NCBI GenBank assembly: GCA_036339465.1
Contig: JAYZAY010000078.1
Span: 18,218 to 82,217, forward strand
Direction: 5' to 3'
DNA: 64,000 nucleotides
Source of the DNA: Myxococcota bacterium
Lineage (GTDB): Bacteria > Myxococcota > XYA12-FULL-58-9 > JABJBS01
This document shows, piece after piece, positions 1 to 10,190 of the stretch. Position 1 is the stretch's first letter, and each line of letters starts with the position of its first letter. The notes beneath the pieces are model-generated. The model was not told the DNA's origin, ran no database searches, and worked only from the letters and a program-made list of their open reading frames with translations. The translations under genes and the position numbers were made by a program.

Positions 1-2
1 TC

Positions 3-2210
3 ACACCCACCGAAAAAGAGTTTCAGTCCAAATCCTACCGAGCCATGCCAGTGCGGTCCATCGGTGACGCCATCTACGTCTATCATTTTGGAATGATTCA
101 TAAAACAAAGCTCGGAATGTCTCCATCTCCCCATTTAGAAGAATCACAAGTCATCGCTTCCGCTTCTAGTTTTGCCCTCAATGGAGACCATGGTTTTTTT
201 CTCCTTCGCGACAAATCCGATTCAGCATCGATCATTCCATCCTTCGACCATCCTGAATTCGAAAGCGCCGATTTGATCTGGCGAACCAATGAAGGAAATG
301 AAGTTGAATTGATTCACGAATCAGGGCTTTCTCAACTAGACTCATGCCCCTCTAGGCCTGAACTCACTGCGGTATATAATGACGGCGACGGAAGTTTGAA
401 ACTCGCCCTTATTCCCATTTCCAACTTTGGAAAAACCAATCCGAAGGCCCAAAAAGAGAACATCAAGTTTCCCTTGGAAGCCCGACCATTGGATGAAGTT
501 AGAAATCCGAGATACAGCCCCGACTGTGACCGTATTTATTTTTCAAGACTCACCCACAATGACCATGACCTCTATTATTATGATATACCAACTCAAACGA
601 CGGTAACGGTTGCCTCAGAAAATCACTTCGAGCTTTACCCTCAACCAGTTCCAGATGGCGTCATCTACGCTTCTGATCGCGATGGCACCATGAATATCTA
701 CTGGACCCGTCACAGTGACAACAAGACACTCCAACTAACCCAAGCAGTCACCGGCCACCACGATGTTATTTTGACCCCCCAAGGAATTATCTTCGCCCGA
801 CTCTACAGCACCGGATATCAAATCCATTTCCTACATAAGGAGAAATGGCTCTATCGCGAAGTCGTCCATAATCCAAAAACAACCCAATCCAGCGATCCCC
901 ATAAAACAAAGAAACAAACGCCCATCAAAATTAGTCAATCTAAAATTGTAGAATACAGTCTATGGAACAGCAAAAATTATGTCTCACCAAATTTTTACCC
1001 CATCCTCTCTTTGGAATTTGATACAAGTCGAACCCGAGAAACACAATTCAGAGCCCTAGCCGGAGTCGAACTTTATATAGAGGATCAGCTCAAACTACAT
1101 CAGTTCTCACTACGGGCATTCACCGGTGACCGGAATCGTCTGAATTTGACCTATGCCAACCGCATACTGCCAACCTCCCTCATCTTTTCTGGGGGACTCT
1201 ACGACATTCCAGGTATTTATATTTCCCAATCAGATGCATATACATTTGAGACAGTCACCAACTACCAGTGGTTATTCCTAAGAGCATCTGCCCATCTACC
1301 ACTTAATTTATTCTATACCATCGGTTTGAATCTTTCGACTCTCCGTGACATCGGTGTGAGATACGGCAGCGAAGAAGACAGATTTACGTGGAAAAGCCCC
1401 CGCTACGGTCGAGACAGCCTGGAGCTCATGCTCTCATACGTCGGCATCAATAAAAATAACCCAGACTACAGTCCCCGCACCATCAATAGAAGGGGCTACC
1501 GAAAATTTACTTTAGAGCTTGCCTATGCCCAAGAATACAGCCATCCCAAACTTTTGGATTTTGACCCCACTATTCGAGCCGGAAACCTCGCCTTTGGCCA
1601 AACGAAACTCACCTACACTGAATATTACGCACTCCCCAAACTGCTCAAAGGCTTCTTCGACCACACACTACAGATAGATTTAAATCTCGGCTATATTAGC
1701 GAACCCATCAGATTTCTCCCATTCATCGGAGGAGGAAGGCTTTACTCTCTGAGTTTAGCTGAGTTTACCACCTCCGTAGGCTTTGTGGGCTATAATTTCT
1801 ACAGTCTCACGGGACATACTCTTATGAACCTCGCACTATCATATCGATTTCCCATCTTGCGCAAACTGAGTTTAGAGCTGGGGCCATTTTTTATAGAAGA
1901 TATCTATGGGCAGTTTTTTACCTCCTGGGGCAATATCTGGGGCTACAACAATGACGGTTCTCGTCAGATCCCTTTCATCGATCCCGCGCGTAATGGCCAA
2001 CACCTCCTCGGTGACATTGGTTTCGACATTAGAATAGGCCACTTTTGGCAAGAAGCCGCACGGAATCTAGGTTCCACCATCCGACTCACATACAGACTTC
2101 TCCCATTCACCGAATGCCCAACCGACGATGTTGATGCAAATCCGGACTGTCTCGGATCGAATGGTCGTAGAGACTTAAGTGTCTACCTCATCTTGGGGGG
2201 AGGATTCTAA
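3..2210 (+). CDS. 5'-truncated outer-membrane protein: TolB/PD40-like beta-propeller plus C-terminal beta-barrel (BamA/TamA-like)
   Basis: Frame is open from the window edge. TolB-like repeats (NPRYSPDCDRIYFS, IYASDRDGTMNIY), alternating amphipathic strands and a C-terminal Phe (VYLILGGGF). Confidence 0.6.
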   Translation, partial: TPTEKEFQSKSYRAMPVRSIGDAIYVYHFGMIHKTKLGMSPSPHLEESQVIASASSFALNGDHGFFLLRDKSDSASIIPSFDHPEFESADLIWRTNEGNEVELIHESGLSQLDSCPSRPELTAVYNDGDGSLKLALIPISNFGKTNPKAQKENIKFPLEARPLDEVRNPRYSPDCDRIYFSRLTHNDHDLYYYDIPTQTTVTVASENHFELYPQPVPDGVIYASDRDGTMNIYWTRHSDNKTLQLTQAVTGHHDVILTPQGIIFARLYSTGYQIHFLHKEKWLYREVVHNPKTTQSSDPHKTKKQTPIKISQSKIVEYSLWNSKNYVSPNFYPILSLEFDTSRTRETQFRALAGVELYIEDQLKLHQFSLRAFTGDRNRLNLTYANRILPTSLIFSGGLYDIPGIYISQSDAYTFETVTNYQWLFLRASAHLPLNLFYTIGLNLSTLRDIGVRYGSEEDRFTWKSPRYGRDSLELMLSYVGINKNNPDYSPRTINRRGYRKFTLELAYAQEYSHPKLLDFDPTIRAGNLAFGQTKLTYTEYYALPKLLKGFFDHTLQIDLNLGYISEPIRFLPFIGGGRLYSLSLAEFTTSVGFVGYNFYSLTGHTLMNLALSYRFPILRKLSLELGPFFIEDIYGQFFTSWGNIWGYNNDGSRQIPFIDPARNGQHLLGDIGFDIRIGHFWQEAARNLGSTIRLTYRLLPFTECPTDDVDANPDCLGSNGRRDLSVYLILGGGF

Positions 2211-3145
2211 TGAAAAACCTCGTGTTGCCCGCTTGTATCTACTTTCTGGCTTCCTGTGGGCTCCCCCATGACATCGGCCAACCCGGATCTTACCTCATTG
2301 GCAACAATTCAACCGTCATCGACTCCGTCACCACCTCGATTCAACACCTCATCATTCTTCAGCACGACATCGCTCAAGCCGAAACATTGATTTACATACT
2401 TGAAGGGGAGTTAGGAAAGCAGGATATCGGGATTGAAGACATGCGCAGACTTAGTCAAAGATTTGGTCAGTTCAGCCTAAAGTTCGAATTATCCCGCTCA
2501 TTCTCTTCAGAAGTCACATTACCCCCAACCCAAAACCAACCTTTGCTTAAGCTTGCAGAAGACAATGTGGTAACACTCACCCAACTCGACAATCAATCGA
2601 TGCTTGTGGTTGGCATGAATCATTTCATCCCTTCTCTCATCCCAGGACAAGTCAATGGTTACTTTGCTAGTTTTCCTCTATTGCGACAAGACGTGGTCGC
2701 CCAATTAATCATTGCTAACAAAACGCTTAACGTAGACATACAAATTCACACGCGAGAAATCGCAGCCACACCGAAAGGGGAAGTTCTAGAGATTACTGGA
2801 CCGGTAAACGACAAAGTAGATTATCTACAAATCCGTATTCTACAGGAACAGATATTCTCCGATGAGAATATTCCCGTAGATACTTTAATCTCCGGATTAA
2901 TGAGCAACGCCGCCGCCCTATCCATTCACCAAAATCTTCTTTATGACGCGACACCTAAAGCTTGTTGGCGATCCCATAAGGAGCTTTTTATTGAAAGCAT
3001 CTCGGTGCGAAGAAAATATCAGGAAACCGACCCGACAGCATCGGTCATTATAAACAAATCGGTCAATAGAGAAAAACTTGACTCGGAAAACTGGTTTCCC
3101 ACAGAAGCAGTCGAATATCCAATATACTGCAGTGACTACAAATAG
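2210..3145 (+). CDS. hypothetical lipoprotein
   Basis: Signal peptide with lipobox LASC. Start overlaps the upstream stop (TAATG). Confidence 0.6.
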   Translation: MKNLVLPACIYFLASCGLPHDIGQPGSYLIGNNSTVIDSVTTSIQHLIILQHDIAQAETLIYILEGELGKQDIGIEDMRRLSQRFGQFSLKFELSRSFSSEVTLPPTQNQPLLKLAEDNVVTLTQLDNQSMLVVGMNHFIPSLIPGQVNGYFASFPLLRQDVVAQLIIANKTLNVDIQIHTREIAATPKGEVLEITGPVNDKVDYLQIRILQEQIFSDENIPVDTLISGLMSNAAALSIHQNLLYDATPKACWRSHKELFIESISVRRKYQETDPTASVIINKSVNREKLDSENWFPTEAVEYPIYCSDYK

Positions 3146-3155
3146 AACTCGCTGA

Positions 3156-3356
3156 CTAACTGGCTAATTCAACCCTTCCAGAATTAAAAATCGACTGCAA
3201 TCGGTCAAGCTCATTCTCAGTCCGACGTAACTCACGCAAATTATCAACACTCGTTTCTACATCACAACGCTGCTTGGCACAAAGATAATCTCGCTGCACT
3301 TTATCCAAACGCTGACGCCATCTATTTCTCTCTTCTGGGTTCAAAGTATCCTCCAT
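3156..3356 (-). CDS. small coiled-coil hypothetical protein
   Basis: 66-aa ATG ORF with a charged helical heptad pattern; no family recognised. Confidence 0.4.
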   Translation of the reverse strand: MEDTLNPEERNRWRQRLDKVQRDYLCAKQRCDVETSVDNLRELRRTENELDRLQSIFNSGRVELAS

Positions 3357-3960
3357 GGACTCTCATCTTCAACAAGATGACGTGCTCAGTGCAAATGCCA
3401 TTCAAACAACGAAGCCAATTCAACAGTTTTCTCGGTAAAGACAATCGCCACCCAAGTCCAACATACAATAGCTCAAAATCATAGTAACTCTAAGCTCTAA
3501 GAAAGCAACTTTTGATTTGTGCACTCTTTGCGGCGTCGGGGAAAACCCATCTATCTGGTCTGGAAATGCCTGACACTGGCGTTTTGTTGAGTCAATGATG
3601 CCACAAAAAGGTTCATACCTGAAAGCCTGGAAGTAGAAGTAATCGCTTTCCACACCACACCAAAGGTGAATTAAACCATCGTTTGGTTACTCTCAAAATC
3701 GAATATTCCCCTAATCAACAACTTCTCAATAAGCCCATCGGTCAAAATACACCAAAGATGCTTAGGCACTTTAAAATACTCCGGTGATTCTCGAATAACA
3801 GCCCAGACCGTGATCTGTTTTTCGGTAGCATAATCATATGCACTTTCGATAGCTCGAATCATTTTCAAATGGTATTTGCAAAATAACGTCCACTTATTCT
3901 CGGCATCATGCTATCGAAATCCCCTAAGAAAACAATAAAGAATGAGCAGAGCGCACTGCA

Positions 3961-4173
3961 CAAAAATGGCATTATTTGTGCTCTATTTCGCGCCTAACTC
4001 CGGTGGGAGACCACCGGGGCTCATAGATTAGGAATCAGACCGGTAACAGCAAAACACCGATGTGCATGATTCCAGTGGGAGATTGGTTCGCGGCAGTATT
4101 TTCAGTGCCCGTAGATTTTGCCTTCATAGGATACTCAGTGGCACCCGGATTTGAATTCGGAGGTTTCTAGTTG
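3961..4173 (+). pseudogene. decayed Cupin_5 (DUF985) gene remnant
   Basis: 4066-4170 translates MIPVGDWFAAVFSVPVDFAFIGYSVAPGFEFGGF*L, matching the family C-terminus (PxGxWFAA...VAPGFEFxDFEL). A KWHY fragment lies upstream, separated by in-frame stops. Confidence 0.65.
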
Positions 4174-4191
4174 AGGGCCCAGGAAAACGGA

Positions 4192-5199
4192 TTATCCGGT
4201 AGCCTCAACATCAAAAGTTAATTCGCTGCTTGACGCGTCCGTAGGAGCACCTTCCGCTCTCTGCATTGCCAAATCACCGATATGATGGATACCTCGCTCC
4301 CTAGCCAATACCATTTGTTTCTGCCTTTCGGCTGCCCGTGCTCGCGTATCATTGGAGAGCGTATCGATACAGTAAGGACAACTTACTCCCGGCTGATATG
4401 CTTCCGATGTCATGTCATCATGAGAAACAGGGTGCCTACAAGCATGGCATTGGTCATAGGAGCCAATATGCAAATCATGATCTACCGCCACTCGATTATC
4501 GAAAACAAAACACTCACCTTCCCACAAGCTGTCTTCTTTTGACACTTGCTCAAGATATTTGAGAATACCGCCTTCGAGATGATAGACTTCCTCAAAGCCT
4601 TCTTGCTTCAAATACGAAGTCGATTTTTCACACCGAATCCCCCCAGTACAAAACATGGCTACTTTCTTATGTTTCTTAGGATCCAGTTCTCTTTGCACAT
4701 AGTCAGGAAAATCACGAAAGCTCACGGTCTTGGGATTCTTAGCGCCTTTAAAGGTACCAATAGCCACCTCATAATCATTACGGGTATCAACCAAAACCAC
4801 TTCTGGGTCCAAAATCAATTGATTCCAATCCTCTGGTTTAACATAGGTTCCAACAACACGCTTGGGATTGATACTTTCCACGCCCATTGTCACAATCTCT
4901 TTTTTCAACTTAACTTTCGTACGATAAAACGGAAGCTCATCACAAAATGATTCCTTGGTAACAATATCAGTCAGACGTGGATCACTGCCGAGAAAATCCA
5001 TGAGGCTGGCGATGCCTTCCCGGGTCCCCGCTACCGTCCCATTCATTCCTTCTGATGCCAGGAGAAGCGTGCCCTTAACACCATTGTTCATCATACAATC
5101 TAGTAGGGGTTCACGTAACATCTCAAAATTATCGAGCGACACAAATTTATACAGTGCCAAAACCATAATCGGTTGGTCCATATCATAACTCCTAATCAA
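4192..5199 (-). CDS. trhO: tRNA uridine(34) hydroxylase (UPF0176 rhodanese family)
   Basis: LYKF N-terminus, [26 protein letters not shown] and GECFVFDNR motifs. Confidence 0.92.
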   Translation of the reverse strand: MIRSYDMDQPIMVLALYKFVSLDNFEMLREPLLDCMMNNGVKGTLLLASEGMNGTVAGTREGIASLMDFLGSDPRLTDIVTKESFCDELPFYRTKVKLKKEIVTMGVESINPKRVVGTYVKPEDWNQLILDPEVVLVDTRNDYEVAIGTFKGAKNPKTVSFRDFPDYVQRELDPKKHKKVAMFCTGGIRCEKSTSYLKQEGFEEVYHLEGGILKYLEQVSKEDSLWEGECFVFDNRVAVDHDLHIGSYDQCHACRHPVSHDDMTSEAYQPGVSCPYCIDTLSNDTRARAAERQKQMVLARERGIHHIGDLAMQRAEGAPTDASSSELTFDVEATG

Positions 5200-5286
5200 T
5201 AGCGCAAAAGGGGCCCACTATCCGATCCCCTCACAACCTGTCTAGCTCAAAACCAATAACCCTTAATTTATTCAGTATCTAGAACG

Positions 5287-6873
5287 CTATTTTCCCGGCG
5301 GGAGCAAAAAATCCGATGGTACAGCGCCTTTCATGACCTCGATACCTTCAGAACTAAGAGCCACCAATGGTTTCTCATGGCCATGGAAAGAAATCCAACC
5401 TCGCGCAATACATCTCCTTAAGAGGCCACGAATCCATCGCTCAGAGTGATCTGCGAGACACCCAAACGTCGAGGTATTCTCCAAACCAGCACTGCGAATT
5501 CGAACCGTTGCTTTTCCATTCAACAGATCTTTAGCGACACCTAAACCAAAATACCCGTGAATTCTCGCCACTGCACTTAATGCCTTTTGTACCCGAATTC
5601 TAAGTTCACCCTCAGATACACACAGAGGGTGATTTAGCCCTTCGCACCGGTCACATCGACCACAACCCTCTGATTTCTTCCCCTCATCATCAAAATAAGA
5701 GAGGAGTCCTTCATGACGACAACCAGATTGGTCCAGCCACCTGAAAAGCTCTAAAAACTGTCCCCATTTTTGTCGGTGGTGGTTTCGGCTTATGCCCTGT
5801 TCTATGCACTCCCGCTCGATTCGCATACTTTGTCGACTCATGTCAGCGGTCGTCACAAACATGGCCGCTTGAGCCGGCTTACCATCACGCCCAGCCCTAC
5901 CTATCTCTTGGTAATACGCCTCCAATGATGGAGGTGGCCCAATATGAACAACCAGTCTGACATCCGGGCGATCAATCCCCATCCCAAAAGCCGACGTCGC
6001 TACAACCACCGAAGTACTTCCTTTTCTGAAGTTCTGCGATAGCTCCTCACGCGCGGATGGAGAAAGTCCTGCATGGTAGGCATGCGCTTGAATTCCCTCT
6101 TCCCTGAGGCAATCAATCCAATCCTCACAGCCCTTACGGGTGCGCACATAAAGGATAGATGCTCCACTCATAACACCGGGGCGCTTCTCAATACGCTTTA
6201 AAAGCAAACGCACAAGGCGACGTTGTTCTTTTGAGTTTTTCTCTTCGTAGATATTAATTCCTAAATTCGGTCGAGAAAATCCTCGAATCACCAATGGTGT
6301 ATCCGCAGAAAGCCCGAGACGCCCAACAATATCCTTTCGAACCTGCGCGGTCGCCGTTGCGGTGCAAGCAAGGATATAGTGAGGGTTCAACTCCTCAATA
6401 ACCTCAGCCAATCGTAGATACTCTGGGCGAAAATCATGCCCCCACTGACTGATACAATGTGCCTCATCAATGGCAATCATCGATACCTGCTGCCCCCGTA
6501 ACCACGCCCGAAAACTCCTCTTCGTTAGTCGTTCTGGCGCAACATAAACAAGACGGTAAGAACCCGCCTCGATCTTTGCTTTCCGGTAATTATATTCAAT
6601 TTCAGATAAACTAGAGGCCAAATACGTGGCCTCAACTCCCAGAGACTTTAAGGATTCAACTTGATCATGCATTAGAGCAATCAAAGGCGAAACAATAATC
6701 GTCATTCCTTCGAGCTCCGATGCCGGGAGCTGGTAAACGAGACTCTTTCCCGAGCCAGTAGGGGCAACAAAGAGTAATTTTCGACTTTCCACCAGCGCTT
6801 CGAATGCTTCTCGCTGCTCGGAACGGAAGTCATCATAGCCAAATCGTTCAAGAGCCTTGCCCAGTAAAGGCAT
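5287..6873 (-). CDS. recQ: RecQ-family DNA helicase (RQC present, no HRDC)
   Basis: PTGSGKS, DEAHCISQWGHDFRPEY, TATA, YYQEIGRAGRDG and Zn-binding CGRCDRC. Start could be 6873 or 6936. Confidence 0.92.
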   Translation of the reverse strand: MPLLGKALERFGYDDFRSEQREAFEALVESRKLLFVAPTGSGKSLVYQLPASELEGMTIIVSPLIALMHDQVESLKSLGVEATYLASSLSEIEYNYRKAKIEAGSYRLVYVAPERLTKRSFRAWLRGQQVSMIAIDEAHCISQWGHDFRPEYLRLAEVIEELNPHYILACTATATAQVRKDIVGRLGLSADTPLVIRGFSRPNLGINIYEEKNSKEQRRLVRLLLKRIEKRPGVMSGASILYVRTRKGCEDWIDCLREEGIQAHAYHAGLSPSAREELSQNFRKGSTSVVVATSAFGMGIDRPDVRLVVHIGPPPSLEAYYQEIGRAGRDGKPAQAAMFVTTADMSRQSMRIERECIEQGISRNHHRQKWGQFLELFRWLDQSGCRHEGLLSYFDDEGKKSEGCGRCDRCEGLNHPLCVSEGELRIRVQKALSAVARIHGYFGLGVAKDLLNGKATVRIRSAGLENTSTFGCLADHSERWIRGLLRRCIARGWISFHGHEKPLVALSSEGIEVMKGAVPSDFLLPPGK

Positions 6874-7393
6874 CGTCAGAGAGCCTTTATCTTCCTCGGT
6901 TTGAACCGCTGCGTGTGAATAAGAGAAGGCAGACACGAGTCATGACTATCGGCTTGAGAATCACTGAGCAAATCATTTAGCACCCAATGCCTCCTAAAAA
7001 CACAGAGGACGTACTTGAACGTACATAGGTAAATACCTCAAGAGAATCGGTCGCCGGAATAATCTAGTTGAACTGACAACTTTCACCCACTTCGAGATTA
7101 TCAAAGCGGTGGTATTTGGTGTAAAAGCCGGTCCTAAGAAGCAACCATCGATACCCGCAAACTCCGCAAAAAAATGGACCTCATTAAGCTTCATAACCAT
7201 CGGAAAGAGCCAATAAAATCATGGGATGAATACCAGATCTCAACGAAGTGGTTGCAAATTGCGTCTCACCATTCTTATGAGAGGCCCAAGTGAGTTTGAT
7301 GCCACCATGCTCACCGTTGTTATCGTTGATTCTAGCCCCCAAAAAAATAAATCCTTCACCCTTCGCATAACTTCTCCGACCATTTTTCTTAGC

Positions 7394-8269
7394 CTAAACC
7401 AACACCGACTGTGAAGCTCCCCGGCGTCCATAAGCAACCAACAATGCCCCTGTAAAATAGACAACAAGGCTATAAACCACAGGCACCACAATATAATCAG
7501 CTCCGAGAAATTTCATCGCCAGCCCAACCGCCAATGTGCAGTTTTGAATCCCTACTTCCAAAGCAATGGTCGCAACCTGCGTATGCGGCAATTGAACGAA
7601 ACGAGCCAAACCGAAACCCAAAGCAATAGCGGAAAGATTTAAGAAGATAACAGGCAAGCCCACGAGAGATACCATACTTATGACCGTCGATGAATCCTTG
7701 ACCACCGCCCCCACGACAATCATCAAGAGCATCACCACAGCCACAGTCTTCACGACCTTTTCCAAGAAATGCGCAATCTTGGATAGATAGGCCCTCAAGA
7801 CCATTCCAATCGCAATCGGTAAGCCCATGAGAATCACAATATCCTTGAGCAAAGCGCGAACGGGTAGCCCATGAACCCCTTGCTCTCCACCGACAAATAC
7901 AACCATAGCCAAAAACAGCCACCATGGAATCGAAAGAAAGGTCACGATCCCACTTGTTGCAGTCAAAGCCACCGATAAGGCCGTATCACCTCTAGCTAGA
8001 CTTGTGTAAAGGTTGGAATGAGCTCCACCGGGGCAAGCAGTCACTAGAATCAATCCCACCGCTGCATATGGCTCCAATTGAAAAATAAGCGCTGTCAAGA
8101 ATCCTAATAGTGGCAAACCCACCAACTGACATCCCAAACCAATTCCAGCCGCCTTTGGTTTTTCATAGAGCCGTTTAAAATCGGTTTTTGTTAACCCCAA
8201 ACCCATGGCCAGCATGATTGAACCAACGAAGAAGGAAAGGAACGCATTGACACTGTCCTGATTTTCCAT
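7394..8269 (-). CDS. bile acid:sodium symporter (BASS) family transporter
   Basis: MLAMGLGL, CPGGAHSN and EVGIQN motifs; multiple TM helices. Confidence 0.9.
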   Translation of the reverse strand: MENQDSVNAFLSFFVGSIMLAMGLGLTKTDFKRLYEKPKAAGIGLGCQLVGLPLLGFLTALIFQLEPYAAVGLILVTACPGGAHSNLYTSLARGDTALSVALTATSGIVTFLSIPWWLFLAMVVFVGGEQGVHGLPVRALLKDIVILMGLPIAIGMVLRAYLSKIAHFLEKVVKTVAVVMLLMIVVGAVVKDSSTVISMVSLVGLPVIFLNLSAIALGFGLARFVQLPHTQVATIALEVGIQNCTLAVGLAMKFLGADYIVVPVVYSLVVYFTGALLVAYGRRGASQSVLV

Positions 8270-8926
8270 GAACCACCTTAACGATAAATCAGGAAATATG
8301 GATTTCCCCCGTGGAGGTCAAACATCTCAAACATCCCCTAAGAGACCCCTGGGTTTTTCTGACTTTCCTTCACAATAACCCACAAAAAATCGGCACAACA
8401 GACCGCGGATCAGAAATGGTCTCACTTTGCATATCCAAGTAACTCGGCTCAAAATGAATGACCACTCAGCTTGTTGGGAATGGGCCTCTAAGCAAGGAAA
8501 GCTCAAGAGTCGAAATAGAACACGCAGCCATGATAATGACCCGGGAAATTATCTTTGTTTCGCCACAGGAGAGCACAAGCACATCGGGTAAGGTCCCCAT
8601 ATATGCCCCTCCTGGTGAGCTCGTTTGCACCGGGAAAAGCGTCTGACGCTCAAATAAAGCATTTCTTTTCCTACCAGTGAAAACCAGCGACCAACCCTAT
8701 CAAGCGAAACCTAAGCCCCCCCAAAAAAAAACGGAAAAATTCACCGACGAAACATACCCCCCCGGTCATGAGATAACACGTCGAGTCAGCCATTATCTTT
8801 TCTATGGCCTCCATTTTTTATCCTTCTTCCGCCACCATTTGGAAAAAAGACCGAAAATTACATGATTTTCCTTTCAAACACACACTCTCGTAAGGATAAA
8901 CCCTGTGGGCTACATGTAGGTACATT

Positions 8927-8942
8927 TGGTACACTATGTGCA
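8927..8942 (+). promoter_or_regulatory. putative sigma54 (-24/-12) promoter
   Basis: TGGTAC-N5-GTGCA versus consensus TGGCAC-N5-TTGCW, 38 nt upstream of the 8981 ATG. Confidence 0.45.
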
Positions 8943-8980
8943 TGGATTTAGGAAACCCAACCCTTGAGTAGAGCGCAACC

Positions 8981-9538
8981 ATGGTCAGACCCAAACCAGC
9001 CACATTTGGAATTATTCTTGGAACTCTCTTGTTCTCAACCACTGCAGAGAGCGCCCCGGAAAATCCAACCCAAACCAATTTTCGACCTGAACTGACTTTC
9101 AATGTCGATGGATTGCCCGAAATAAGCGCAGCCGCTACTCAGAAAACAGTGACTGAACCCTCGCCGTGGAAACGCCCAATAGCCAAGTTACCGCGCACCA
9201 AAAACCAAGTTAAAATGACAGTTCAACAATTCAAAACAGGCCTCTCTTCATGCTTTGTGATTCGAAAGCATGAAAAAGTGAAAGACAAAATCGAAAGAAA
9301 AATCATGGCAAAATTCACCATCAATCCCGATGGAACCGTTCAAGCCATACATTTACGCAGTAAATCAAAGGATATGAGACTGCTCTATAAATGCACACGC
9401 CGACGCCTCAAAGGATGGCAATTTGGTTCGGCTAGAGAAAAAGTGCGGATCATACTCCCCATTCACTATCGCTACGAAAACGAAACGACCGATAGCCTCC
9501 CGCTCCATGCCGCCCTTGTTCAGATTCAAACAAAATAA
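8981..9538 (+). CDS. exported protein with AgmX/PglI (TonB_C-like) C-terminal domain
   Basis: Signal peptide, then LSSCF...KFTINPDGTV...LYKCTRRRLKGWQF, the typical two-Cys pattern. Confidence 0.65.
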   Translation: MVRPKPATFGIILGTLLFSTTAESAPENPTQTNFRPELTFNVDGLPEISAAATQKTVTEPSPWKRPIAKLPRTKNQVKMTVQQFKTGLSSCFVIRKHEKVKDKIERKIMAKFTINPDGTVQAIHLRSKSKDMRLLYKCTRRRLKGWQFGSAREKVRIILPIHYRYENETTDSLPLHAALVQIQTK

Positions 9539-9729
9539 AAGAAATCGCTTCTACTCTCCTCCAAACAAGAGTTTACAATCCTCTAAAACCTCCGCAGAAT
9601 GTCTACCGGGACGAATCAACAAAGGTTCAACGCGCTGATGCTTCCTGTGAAATCAAGGACAAAAGATTGAATATCCAGACAAACAATACCTGAATTACTT
9701 GAGACCGTTTGTTCTGCAAACAAAGCGGA

Positions 9730-10013
9730 GAAATGTGGGACCAAATCATCGAAGTCAATCTCACCGCGGCATTTCAAATGCCTCAGGGCGCCACAAAGAT
9801 CATGGTACCCAAAAAACTCTGGGGCATCCCAAACGCAACATAGGTGGTTGCTCGCTGAGCTAATGTGGGCCGAACAAATGAGGCTGCGATAAGGTGGGTA
9901 TGCTCACTCACCAAAACCCCGACCAAAGAACCCGGCCAAAAGGTATCCGAGTCAATCCGACCGCCCCCGGTTTCACATACAGGGAAATGGTCGGCAGGAT
10001 CCCACAAGACCTC
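9730..10013 (+). pseudogene. decayed FabG/PhaB-like short-chain dehydrogenase
   Basis: Three frames give EMWDQIIEVNLTAAF / NAT*VVAR*ANVGRTNEAA..SLTKT..KE / KGIRVNPTAPGF..EMV, in canonical SDR order with stops, frameshifts and a lost YxxxK. Confidence 0.75.
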
Positions 10014-10190
10014 TCTTGCCCCTACGGCCAATCCCCGAAATTGCAAATACCAACGGCTTCTTGGGATCGACAAAAGCACCATCCATCACCACAGCGCTAT
10101 TGAATGCCCATGACAGGTTGATTCTAGCTAATTGCAATTAGGCAACTACCTGTGATTCACTCTTAAAATAAGTGAGTTTAAAGTAATAAT

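Noticed and set aside
6940..7390. Short ORFs between recQ and the symporter
   Set aside because: No recognisable family or RBS; may be decayed DNA but this cannot be supported.
8560..8640. HIG*GPHICPSW*ARL, reminiscent of a cytochrome P450 heme loop
   Set aside because: Too short and degenerate; no other P450 motifs recognisable nearby.
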